From an uncultured Actinomycetes bacterium (GTDB lineage Bacteria; Actinomycetota; Thermoleophilia; RBG-16-64-13): a stretch of 64,000 nt of DNA. Made by a program: the position numbers and the translations under genes. Every line of letters starts with the position of its first letter. Position 1 is the first letter of the stretch. Under the pieces are notes generated by a model. It was not told where the DNA came from, ran no database searches, and saw nothing but the letters and a program-made list of their open reading frames with translations. Below are positions 10,702 to 19,845 of this stretch, piece by piece. The DNA lies in NCBI GenBank assembly GCA_963706025.1, contig CAVPLM010000019.1, forward strand, positions 1 through 64,000. Reading direction: 5' to 3'.

Positions 10702-11517
10702 CTAGGAAAGTATGTCTTTGCGGCGGAAGACGACGTAGGCGATACCCGTCATCCCCACGATCCAGACCGCGAAGTTGATAAGCGCGTCGACTATCGGATC
10801 CCAGTCGATCGGATCCCGGAAGAAGTTGACCCAAGCGCCGAAGTGAGTGGTGAACAGATAGGGCTGCAGGAAATCGAAGACACTCAGGCTTCCAAGGACA
10901 AGCATGATGATCACCAGCACCAGCGCCGCCCCCACCGCCGTGAGGCTGGAATTGGTGAGGGTGGAGAAGGCGACCGCCAGCGAGACCACCGTGGCCATGC
11001 CCACGAGGACGAACACATAGGCCAGGAAGATGAGCCAGATGCTCTCCCCCACGCCCACGCTCTGCCCGGTTAACAGGGTCAGGGGCTTCAGACCGTAGAT
11101 GGCTCCTCCGGCGATGAGCGAGCCGATCGCCAGGATCACCAGCCCGATGGCGATGTACAGATTGGCGACGAACCACTTGGCCATGAGTAGGGTCCCCCTG
11201 CGTATCGGCTGCATGAGGACGGTGCGGAGCGTGCCGGACTCGGCCTCGCCGGCGATGGTCTGGCTTCCGGCCATGGAGGCCAGCAGAGGCAGGAGGAAGG
11301 TCACCAAAGCGAAGAGCGATGCCACAGCCACCAGCAGTCCGTTGCTGGTGATGAGGTCGAAGAACTGCGGTCCCCCCTCCTCGGGGGAGGGCGGGCCGCC
11401 GCCCGATAGGCGGAGAGCCGCCGTGATTATGAACGGGATGAGGAACAGGCCGGCCCAGCCGAAGTAGGTGCGGCGCAGAGTCAGGATCTTGAAGAACTCC
11501 CGGCTGACGTGGCTCAC
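10702..11517 (-). CDS. ABC-2 type transporter permease
   Basis: About six TM segments, AGEAESGTLRTVL...RGTLLMAK, terminal FRRKDI. Confidence 0.85.
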   Translation of the reverse strand: MSHVSREFFKILTLRRTYFGWAGLFLIPFIITAALRLSGGGPPSPEEGGPQFFDLITSNGLLVAVASLFALVTFLLPLLASMAGSQTIAGEAESGTLRTVLMQPIRRGTLLMAKWFVANLYIAIGLVILAIGSLIAGGAIYGLKPLTLLTGQSVGVGESIWLIFLAYVFVLVGMATVVSLAVAFSTLTNSSLTAVGAALVLVIIMLVLGSLSVFDFLQPYLFTTHFGAWVNFFRDPIDWDPIVDALINFAVWIVGMTGIAYVVFRRKDILS

Positions 11518-12644
11518 TGGCGCTCCTGTTCGTCTTCGCGAGCGGTGAGTTCGAGGAACATGTCCTCGAGCCCCTGCTCGATCGCCGGGACCACGGCCAG
11601 GATGTCGATCTGGTCGGCCACCAGTCTGCGGACCATCTCGGGCACCATTTCTTCGTCGGCCTCGACCACGAGGTACTCCTCATCTTCTTTGACGCCGTTT
11701 GGTCCCGTGATGCCCCGGAGGACCTCCAGAGCTTTGCCCTGATCGCCGGTGAGCACTTTGACGGCATTGCTCGTGGGATGCAGCTGCGAGACCGGCCCTT
11801 GTGCCACCAAGCGACCCTTACGCACGATGGCGGCCCTATTGCACACCAGTTCCACCTCGTGCAGCAGGTGCGAGGAGAGGAAGATGGTCGTCCCCTGACG
11901 TCCCAACTCCCTGACCAGCTCGCGCACGTCCTTCATGCCCTGGGGGTCGAGACCGCTGGTAGGCTCGTCCAGGATGATCAGCTCGGGACCGTGGATCAGG
12001 GCCAGAGCGATACCCAGACGCTGGCGCATCCCGTGAGAGTAGCTGCCCACCTTGGAACCGCCCCGATCCGAGAGACCGACCATCTCGAGCACCTCTGTGA
12101 TGCGTTCCTCGCTCACCGGACCGTTCATACGGCCCAACATGCGCAGATTCCGCCGCGCCGTCATGTTGCCGTAGAACATCGGGTCGTCCACGAAGCCGCC
12201 CATATGCCGGAGAGCCTGCTCGCGCTGCTCCGGGACCCGGTGGTCGATCACCTGTGCGTAGCCGTTAGTGGGATAGATAAGGCCGAATATCAGTCGGATG
12301 AGGGTGGTCTTGCCGGCCCCATTCGGTCCGAGGAAGCCAAAGATGTCACCTCGACAGACAGAAAGGTCGAGTTGATCGACGGCCTTCAGTTTGCCGAAGT
12401 GCTTGCTCAAGCCATGCGTGGACAGCACGACCGTCTCGTCGCTACATCTGTCATGCACCATCCCGATCGCGGCCGGAGCCGCGACGGAGACCTGAGACGG
12501 CGACGCGCTCGGGGCTGCGTCTCCGACCGCGGCGAGCCCAGCTTCGGCTGGCGACGCCGCTTCGGGCGCCGGCGTTGGACTCGGCGCCACTGCCTCGGGC
12601 GCCACGGCCTCCGGCGCCGTCGTACCTTCGGTGTCAGCGGACAC
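11514..12644 (-). CDS. ABC transporter ATP-binding protein
   Basis: GPNGAGKT, YSHGMRQR, ILDEPTSGLDP, SSHLL. Ala/Pro-rich N-terminal extension. Confidence 0.92.
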   Translation of the reverse strand: MSADTEGTTAPEAVAPEAVAPSPTPAPEAASPAEAGLAAVGDAAPSASPSQVSVAAPAAIGMVHDRCSDETVVLSTHGLSKHFGKLKAVDQLDLSVCRGDIFGFLGPNGAGKTTLIRLIFGLIYPTNGYAQVIDHRVPEQREQALRHMGGFVDDPMFYGNMTARRNLRMLGRMNGPVSEERITEVLEMVGLSDRGGSKVGSYSHGMRQRLGIALALIHGPELIILDEPTSGLDPQGMKDVRELVRELGRQGTTIFLSSHLLHEVELVCNRAAIVRKGRLVAQGPVSQLHPTSNAVKVLTGDQGKALEVLRGITGPNGVKEDEEYLVVEADEEMVPEMVRRLVADQIDILAVVPAIEQGLEDMFLELTAREDEQERQ

Positions 12645-14016
12645 TAGCGGCGAAGGTGCTGAGGTCGGCGGACGATACGCTTCCGGCGACGATCACGGTC
12701 ACGGCATCTTGCTGCGCGGCACCTTGCCCGCCGCTCTGCCCGATGCTCGGTTCGATCTCCTGCTGCCATCCCATCAGGGTTAGAAGCGGGGTGGCGAACT
12801 GGAACGCGACCGCATCGTTCACCGTCGTCTTCTGGATGAACGGGAGCTGGGCCATCATCGACTGGAGCGTCTCCTGCCCGAGCGAGGCGGTCTTGGCCTG
12901 CACCATGACCACCGTGCCGAAACCGTCTCCGTAGACCTGGACCACGACCGGGCTCTTGAGAACCTCGGCGGCATCGACAGCGGCCCCGCTCGCGGCGCTA
13001 TCGACGGCGCCGGCGGAACCACCAAGGGCGCCGAGCATCCCCTCGGGCACGTCGAACACGTAGGCACCCTGGAAAGCGTAAGCAGGATCGGTGGTCTGCG
13101 CCGTCAGGACATCGTAGCCGGCCTTGGCAGAGGCTTCCTCGATGGTCAGGGGCTCGAGGGCCGCGTGGGCTTTCTCGGCTGCCTCATCGGCACTCGCGTC
13201 CTTGCTCATCCAGTCGAAGGGCAGTTGCAGCTGTTTCTCTTCCACTTTGGCCCCCGCAGGGGAGGGCACATCGAAGATGCTATCGTCGATCGGGTCGTAC
13301 GAGATGCTCGTGAAACCAGCGAGGAAGACCGGCTCGGTGCTTGCCTTGGCGAAGATGGCCACCTGGAGAGGCAGATAGGTCTGGCCGTCGATGGCCACGC
13401 TCACGCGACCGAAGAGAGTGTTTTCAGCCGTGGGCGTGAGGGTGAGCACGTAGCAGTTGCGGCCCGCGATCTGTTCCTGGCCGGCCACTGCAAGGGTGGC
13501 CACCGGGGCCAATCTCTCGATCATCTGAGGGATGGCCGTCTGAGGATCGAAAGACGCGTGATCAGCCCCGGCCTCCTCCCCTGCCGCCTCCATCGCGGCC
13601 AGGTCGGGCAGCGAGTAGACGGTCAGCGTGTTCGCTGTCGAATCGTAGAGGGTGGCTTTCTCGCCGTCGAAGTAGAGAACGGTATCGTTGAACATTCCCT
13701 GGGCTTCTAGGCGGGCCTTGCCGTCCTCTACCCACATACGGCCGCTTCCGCTCTGCAACAGAGCCGCCGGACCGCCGCCTCCCAGCGAGAACTCGACGGG
13801 GAACGTCCCGAGGAGGTTGTTCGTGATGCTGATATCCCCGCTCACAGCTGTAGGCGTCGAACCGCTATCCACCATCCGCGTGAGTAACTCAGCCGGAGTA
13901 ACGGGGGCCAAGGCGGATTCTCCCTGGGCATAGGCTTTGACGAGCCCCGCCGAAAGACCGGCCGCCACGATGACCGCTGCCAGGGCGATCACGAGTACTC
14001 TCTGATATCTACGCAT
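12634..14016 (-). CDS. LolA-like / lipoprotein-sorting-fold exported protein
   Basis: N-terminal signal/TM, then GRMWVEDGKARLE, YFDGEKATLYDS, IAGRNCYVLTLTP, VAIDGQTYLPLQV. ATG 14016 follows a GGAAGGA RBS. Confidence 0.7.
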   Translation of the reverse strand: MRRYQRVLVIALAAVIVAAGLSAGLVKAYAQGESALAPVTPAELLTRMVDSGSTPTAVSGDISITNNLLGTFPVEFSLGGGGPAALLQSGSGRMWVEDGKARLEAQGMFNDTVLYFDGEKATLYDSTANTLTVYSLPDLAAMEAAGEEAGADHASFDPQTAIPQMIERLAPVATLAVAGQEQIAGRNCYVLTLTPTAENTLFGRVSVAIDGQTYLPLQVAIFAKASTEPVFLAGFTSISYDPIDDSIFDVPSPAGAKVEEKQLQLPFDWMSKDASADEAAEKAHAALEPLTIEEASAKAGYDVLTAQTTDPAYAFQGAYVFDVPEGMLGALGGSAGAVDSAASGAAVDAAEVLKSPVVVQVYGDGFGTVVMVQAKTASLGQETLQSMMAQLPFIQKTTVNDAVAFQFATPLLTLMGWQQEIEPSIGQSGGQGAAQQDAVTVIVAGSVSSADLSTFAASVR

Positions 14017-14210
14017 ATCCGTTCCTTCCGAGATCACATTCCAGGAGACGCATGTGAGGGTCCTTTGTAGTCGCGCGGCTGAGCCGCGAACGACCGTCTC
14101 CGCCGCATCGACCAGGTCTGACGTCTCCCGTCTCTTCGAGGTTGCCTCACCGGGGGACTTTACCACGCCGGCGGATACGACAAACCCGGCCAACAAGTCT
14201 CAATCACACG

Positions 14211-14228
14211 TTCAGGATTCATTCAGGA
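14211..14228. promoter_or_regulatory. Putative OmpR-family regulator binding site
   Basis: TTCAGGA at 14211 and 14222 (11-bp period), between the LolA-like operon and the divergent two-component system. Confidence 0.45.
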
Positions 14229-14587
14229 AACTAATGCGAATATACTGCCATGGAGTCACACAGCATTGCTCAACCCCCCTCCTGAGCTGTGGCCCCAACC
14301 CTGTCCGGTGGTTGTTGGACCCGACCGGGGCGAGACACCACCACGCCCACACGGCGGAGACGGCGTTTGCGGCGTTCGGCGAGGCCGAACGCCGCGCCCG
14401 CCGTGTGACTCTCGTTAGATCCCCGCTTCTTTAGCCTCATCTCACTCGCTTCCATGACCCGCGCCCGTCGCTGCGGTAGCCGTGACGCCGCCTTTGAAGG
14501 GCGGGCACTCTCTGTTCCCGCAGTACCTGGTTGGGTGGTGGGACGCGGCTTGTGCGCAGCCGCGCGGCGGGCGATACTACGCGCACC

Positions 14588-15256
14588 ATGATGGAGTTAC
14601 GCATCTTCGTTCTCGAGGACGACACCCAGATGCGTTCCTTGCTGGTCCGCGGTCTGCGCGAGGAGGGGTACGAGGTGCAGGGCTTCGCCACCGGCGGGGA
14701 GCTGCTCCGCAAGGTGATCGAAGTGACCCCCGACCTCTTCGTGATCGACATCGGCTTGCCGGACACCGACGGACGTGACGTCTGCCAGGCTATCAGGGCC
14801 CAGGGCGTGTCGGCCCCGGTCCTCTTCTTGACGGCGCGCGACGCTCTCTCCGACCGTCTGTCGGGCTTCAGGGTGGGGGGAGACGACTATCTCACCAAGC
14901 CGTTTGCCTTCGCCGAGCTGCTCGCCCGCTTGGAGGCCCTCACCCGCCGGAGCGGCGCGGAACGCGTCGTCGAGACAGGTGGTCTGATTCTCGACCCGGC
15001 GAAGCACGCGGTGTCGTGCGGGGACGAGACGGTGCCGCTCACACCCACCGAGTTCCGCCTGCTGGCGAAGTTGGCGGCTGCCCCGGGGGAAGCGATACGG
15101 AGAAAGGCTTTGATAGAGACCGCCTGGCCCCATGGGGCCATCGTCTACGACAATACGCTCGACGCGTACATCGCGCGCCTGCGGCGCAAGGTGTGCTCGC
15201 TACCCGGGGCACCGCAGATCGTGACCGTGCGCGGCGTCGGCTACTCCCTGCAATGA
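14588..15256 (+). CDS. OmpR-family response regulator
   Basis: VLEDD, IDIGLP, GGDDYLTKPF, NTLDAYIARLRRK, TVRGVGY. Confidence 0.9.
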   Translation: MMELRIFVLEDDTQMRSLLVRGLREEGYEVQGFATGGELLRKVIEVTPDLFVIDIGLPDTDGRDVCQAIRAQGVSAPVLFLTARDALSDRLSGFRVGGDDYLTKPFAFAELLARLEALTRRSGAERVVETGGLILDPAKHAVSCGDETVPLTPTEFRLLAKLAAAPGEAIRRKALIETAWPHGAIVYDNTLDAYIARLRRKVCSLPGAPQIVTVRGVGYSLQ

Positions 15257-15305
15257 GGCCGGGGCGCGGCACCTCGGCGCGGACCGGCGGCCGGCGAGGC
15301 CTCGC

Positions 15306-16670
15306 GTGAGGCGCTTGTTCTCCCGCATGGGAGTGCGGGACCGTCTTCTTCTCGCGGTCCTGGGTACCGTGGCCGTCGCCCTGGTGACCACGACTATGGT
15401 GTTCAATCTGGTCTTGGACGCCAGTCTGAGCTCCGACGCCGACGAGCGGCTCGCACAGATGGCCCTGGACGAGAGCCGCACGATCAGCATCTCGCCCAGC
15501 GGCCTTGTGAGCTTGGCTAGGCCCAGCGGTGACATCAAGCAGCTGGGTTCGCAAATATGGGTCTTTGTGGGCGACATCACCTACTCCGCGCCTACGGTCG
15601 ATCCTGTGATCGAGGCAGCCGCCAAGGCGCTGGATGGTCAGCCGCGCCAGTTCGCCAACGTGCCAGGCTACGACGTGCGGCTGTACGGCATCCCCCTAAT
15701 GAACCGGGGCGAGCGCATCGGCACCATCGTGGCGGGGCTGTCCACGGCTTCCTACACCCGCACCCAGAGGACGACTCTGGTGGGTACGATCGCCTTTACC
15801 GCGGTCCTATTGATCATCGTGGGGTTCGCCGGACGCTGGTCGCTCAACGCGGCCTTCCGGCCCGTGATGAGGATGACCGCCGAGGCCGAAGCCTGGAGCA
15901 CGGAGGACCTCGACCGCCGGTTCGACATGGGGGAGCCTCACGACGAGGTCACGCAACTGGCCCACACTCTGGACGGCATGCTGGACCGCCTGGCGGCCAG
16001 TCTTCGCCGGGAGCAGCGATTCTCGGCCGAGGTGTCGCATCAGTTGCGGACTCCCGTGGCCAAGATAAAGACCGAGGCAGAGTTGGCCCTCCGCCGGGAG
16101 CGCGATCCCGAGTACTACCAGGAGGCGCTCGGCTCTGTCCTCTATAGCGCCGATCAGATGGCGCGCACGGTCGAGGCCTTGCTCGCCGCGGCCCAGGAAG
16201 AAGGCAGCCTCGCCCGCGGGCGGGCCGATGTCTGGCAGGTGCTGGCGGACGTGGTGAGCTCCATCGGTGTATTGGCCGACGAGCACGAGGTGGAGGTGAG
16301 GGTGCAGCCCCCGCCTCGCAATCTGCGGGTGGGAGTGGAGCGCGATATCGCCGTGCAGATCCTCCGTCCGGTAGTGGAGAACGCCTGCCGCTTCGCCAGA
16401 GCCGAGGTGCTTCTGAGAGCCTCCCGTAACGGCAAAGAGGTGTACTTCCTCGTGGAGGATGATGGTCCGGGAGTATCGGAGGAGGAGAAGGAGCGCATCT
16501 TCGAGCCCGGGGTGCGGGGCAGCGCTTCCGAGAAGAAGACCGACGGGGATCGAGGCACCGGGTTAGGGCTACCGCTGGCCAGGCGCCTGGCCCGGGCGGC
16601 CTCCGGCGACGTGGACGTCAGACCGGGATCGACCGGCGCCCAGTTCGTCGTGCGGTTGCCGAGCGGGTAG
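15306..16670 (+). CDS. HAMP-domain sensor histidine kinase
   Basis: Two TMs, HAMP (DEVTQLAHTLDGML), H-box VSHQLRTP, ENACRF, DDGPG, GTGLGL. Confidence 0.92.
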   Translation: MRRLFSRMGVRDRLLLAVLGTVAVALVTTTMVFNLVLDASLSSDADERLAQMALDESRTISISPSGLVSLARPSGDIKQLGSQIWVFVGDITYSAPTVDPVIEAAAKALDGQPRQFANVPGYDVRLYGIPLMNRGERIGTIVAGLSTASYTRTQRTTLVGTIAFTAVLLIIVGFAGRWSLNAAFRPVMRMTAEAEAWSTEDLDRRFDMGEPHDEVTQLAHTLDGMLDRLAASLRREQRFSAEVSHQLRTPVAKIKTEAELALRRERDPEYYQEALGSVLYSADQMARTVEALLAAAQEEGSLARGRADVWQVLADVVSSIGVLADEHEVEVRVQPPPRNLRVGVERDIAVQILRPVVENACRFARAEVLLRASRNGKEVYFLVEDDGPGVSEEEKERIFEPGVRGSASEKKTDGDRGTGLGLPLARRLARAASGDVDVRPGSTGAQFVVRLPSG

Positions 16671-16708
16671 GAGGCCGCGCTACGGCCGCGCGCAGCGGGG
16701 CGGCGGCT

Positions 16709-19684
16709 TCAGCGGTACCAGAGGATGTGGTTCGCCTCCAGGGGAACGAGCGCTCCCGGGTGCCACGGGACCACCCGCGGTGTGTAGTCACTGGCGGGTC
16801 GCCTGGCCGGCAGAGTGGTCCGAATCGTGTAGGATCCGTCAGGGCGGTCCTCATCCCCTGACACGACCTTGTCGGCCGTGAACACATGGCGCTCGGGCAC
16901 CTCCCCCTCTACGGGCTCGGCATACAGTTCGACCGATACCGCGCTCGGTGGGATGCTTCCGAGATCGACCTCCACGGTGAAAGAGTGCGTTTCGCCCTTG
17001 GGCCCGGACACGGTCTCCACCGAGTAGCCCAAGAACGCGATCTCGCCCCAGCGTCTTTCGAGGAGCGCGCGCCAGCTCTCGACATCTGCGGCAGCCGTGC
17101 CGGTCGCTGGCGCCCGGGAAGCGGTTCGCTCCCGGTAGGCAGCCGCCCTGGGCAGGTAGTAGCGCTCAAGGTAGTCCTTCATCATGCGGTTGCTCGAATA
17201 CTGCGGTGCCAGGCGGGCCATGCTTTCCCGCACCCGGGCGATCCAGCGCCGGGGGATCCCCTGCGCGTCGCGATCGTAGAACTCGGGGATGATCTCGTTC
17301 TCGAGAAGATCGTAGAGACGCTCGGCCTCGATCGCGTCCCAGGCCGGATCGGAGTCGTGCTCCAGGCCGTCTCCCAACGCCCAACCCACATCGGGGGCGT
17401 AGGCCTCTGCCCACCAGCCGTCCAGCTCCGACAGGTTCAGACCGCCGTTGGCCAGGATCTTCATGCCGCTCGTGCCGCTCGCCTCCCAGGGACGACGGGG
17501 CGTGTTGATCCACAGGTCGACCCCATGGACCAAGTGCTCGGCGATGCCCATGTCATAGTCGACCAAGAAGATGACGTGTGGGCGCACGTCACAGCGGCGG
17601 ATGAACTCGGTCCACTGCCTGATCATCGCCTTACCCGCCGTATCGGCCGGATGGGCCTTGCCGGACAGCACCAACTGCACCCTGCTCTCAGGGGCACAAA
17701 GCATGCGCTCCAACCGGTCGGGGTCGTGCAGGAGGAGATTAACACGCTTGTAACTGGTGAAGCGCCGGGCGAAGCCCAGGGTGAGGACGGCCGGGTCGCA
17801 CAAGCAGGTGATGTCGGAGCCCAGGGTCTCGAGACTGCCTGCGACGGGGCCCTGACGTTCGACGTGCTCGCGCGCGATGGAGATGAGCTTGCGGCGGTTG
17901 GCATCGCGGAACTGCCACAATTCCTCATCGGTGGCCTGCCTGATCAGGTCACCCAGGCCCTCCAGTCCGGAGAGCCAGCGACCCTTCTCGCAGATCCTGG
18001 TCCACAGGGTATCGGCTTCCTTCGAGTCCCAGGAAGGAACGTGGATGCCGTTCGTGACATGGCCCACCGGAACCTCCCGGCGCGGCCACCGGGGGAAGAG
18101 CGGTTGGAACAGACCGCGACTCACCTCGCCGTGGAGGCGGCTGACCCCATTGACGGCCCCACTGCCTCGGATGGCCAGATAGGCCATGTTGAAGGGCTCG
18201 GCGCTCTGGTCCTCCGGCGCGCCCTCCGCTGAGGCGCCGCTGGGCGAGGAGCCGCTGTCTGAGATGTGGGCGTTCGGCGAGCACTCAACTGAGGCAGCGC
18301 CACCTTGGACACCGGGGCGGTACACCGGGCCGCAGATCGCCGGGGCCGGGCATCGACCCAATGCCAGCAGCTCATCGATCGTAATACCAAGTTCGTTCGC
18401 ATACTCTCCCAGATACTCGGAAACGAGTGAGGGTGGAAAACGATCGAAGCCGGCTTCCACCGGGGTGTGGGTGGTAAAAAGGTTCCCGGCTCTCGTGGCG
18501 GTGAGGGCCTCCTGGAAGCCGACTCCGTGGTCCTGCATGTAGCAGCGCGCCCGCTCGAGGACGGCAAGCGCCGCGTGTCCTTCGTTGAGATGGCACATTT
18601 CGGGGTCCAGCCCCAGTTCGCGCAGCAGCCGCCAGCCGCCTATGCCGAGAAGCATCTCCTGCTGGAGGCGCACCTCAGGTCCGCCACCGTAGAGCTCGCT
18701 GGTGATCCCCCGGTCGGTCGGGCTGTTCATCAGATCGTTGGCGTCGAGCAGGTACAGCTCGACCCGGCCGGCAAGCACCTTCCACACGCGCAGGTGCACC
18801 GGGCGTCGGGGAAACTGGAGGTCGACGCTCACCCACTCGCCGTCGTCAGCGCGCAGTGGCATGATGGGAAGCTGCCCGGGATCGTTGTAGGGGAAGACCT
18901 CGATCTGGTCGCCGTCCGCGCTCAGTGCCTGCCGGAAGTAGCCCTGCTGCCAGAGCAGCCCCACACCTACCACGGGGACGCCCAGGTCGCTGGCCGCCTT
19001 GAGGAAGTCACCGGCCAGGATGCCCAGGCCGCCGCTGTATATGGGCAGGGCCTCGCTCAGGCCGAACTCCATGCTGAAATAGCCGACGAGGCGTAGGGGC
19101 GGACCCGAGGCGGCGCCCGCGCGGTGGGCGCCCACGCGGTGGGCGTCGGGGATCCGGGCTGGGCCGGGGCCCGACTCGCGTGGGTCCGCGGGAGCGCTGG
19201 CGCCAAGGGGGATGTGGGGAGTGGCGCCCGAAGAGGCCGACTCGGCCCTCTCGGCCTCTACGGGACTGGGGCTTGCCATCGACGCCGCTTCAGGCGAGCT
19301 CTTGGCTGAGGAAGCAGCATATTCGCTGGAGCCGCCGGCCGGGGATGCCGCCGGCTTGCTGGGGGCCTCAGCTGAGAGCGCCGCCGTCCCGTAGCTCTGC
19401 TCGAACCAGGTGGAGGCCTCGAGGGTCTCTCGCCGCGACTGCAGGTGTCGTTCGAGCAGCTCGAGGAATTCGGGATCGGCTGCGAACTCCTCCAATCTGG
19501 TCTGGGCGATCGTCTGCAAGATATGCCAGGGGTTGTGGGTCGTCTCCCACGATTCGGGCGCCAGACGTTCCCACAGTTCGTCAGAAGAATGGCTCCACGA
19601 CCAACGCATATCGAGTGCCAGATCAACCAGCCCTTTCAAGGCGTCAGGTACGGTGGGCAGCGCGTAGCGGGGCTGAGCGGTCAC
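16709..19684 (-). CDS. glgP: Alpha-glucan (glycogen/starch) phosphorylase
   Basis: YFSMEFGL...YSGGLGILAGD, HLNEGHA, FARRFTSYKR, EASGTSGMK. Carries two low-complexity insertions. Confidence 0.95.
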   Translation of the reverse strand: MTAQPRYALPTVPDALKGLVDLALDMRWSWSHSSDELWERLAPESWETTHNPWHILQTIAQTRLEEFAADPEFLELLERHLQSRRETLEASTWFEQSYGTAALSAEAPSKPAASPAGGSSEYAASSAKSSPEAASMASPSPVEAERAESASSGATPHIPLGASAPADPRESGPGPARIPDAHRVGAHRAGAASGPPLRLVGYFSMEFGLSEALPIYSGGLGILAGDFLKAASDLGVPVVGVGLLWQQGYFRQALSADGDQIEVFPYNDPGQLPIMPLRADDGEWVSVDLQFPRRPVHLRVWKVLAGRVELYLLDANDLMNSPTDRGITSELYGGGPEVRLQQEMLLGIGGWRLLRELGLDPEMCHLNEGHAALAVLERARCYMQDHGVGFQEALTATRAGNLFTTHTPVEAGFDRFPPSLVSEYLGEYANELGITIDELLALGRCPAPAICGPVYRPGVQGGAASVECSPNAHISDSGSSPSGASAEGAPEDQSAEPFNMAYLAIRGSGAVNGVSRLHGEVSRGLFQPLFPRWPRREVPVGHVTNGIHVPSWDSKEADTLWTRICEKGRWLSGLEGLGDLIRQATDEELWQFRDANRRKLISIAREHVERQGPVAGSLETLGSDITCLCDPAVLTLGFARRFTSYKRVNLLLHDPDRLERMLCAPESRVQLVLSGKAHPADTAGKAMIRQWTEFIRRCDVRPHVIFLVDYDMGIAEHLVHGVDLWINTPRRPWEASGTSGMKILANGGLNLSELDGWWAEAYAPDVGWALGDGLEHDSDPAWDAIEAERLYDLLENEIIPEFYDRDAQGIPRRWIARVRESMARLAPQYSSNRMMKDYLERYYLPRAAAYRERTASRAPATGTAAADVESWRALLERRWGEIAFLGYSVETVSGPKGETHSFTVEVDLGSIPPSAVSVELYAEPVEGEVPERHVFTADKVVSGDEDRPDGSYTIRTTLPARRPASDYTPRVVPWHPGALVPLEANHILWYR

Positions 19685-19845
19685 TTCGAACCTCCTGGAC
19701 GCGGCCGCCGGGCGATCGACCCGGCTGTCGCCGACGGGTACGCAGCGGCCTGTCGGGCGCGGTGGCAGGGAACTCGGCTACACCGTGGACCTTGGCGGTG
19801 CGCCGAGCCTGGGAGCACACAGTCGGGTAATCTAATCACACCACG

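Noticed and set aside
16886-18232. 448-aa plus-strand ORF, and similar long antisense ORFs at 23011..23955, 35410..36264, 55931..56986 and 56829..58337
   Set aside because: They lie antisense to well-supported genes and show no motifs; such shadow ORFs are expected in high-GC DNA.
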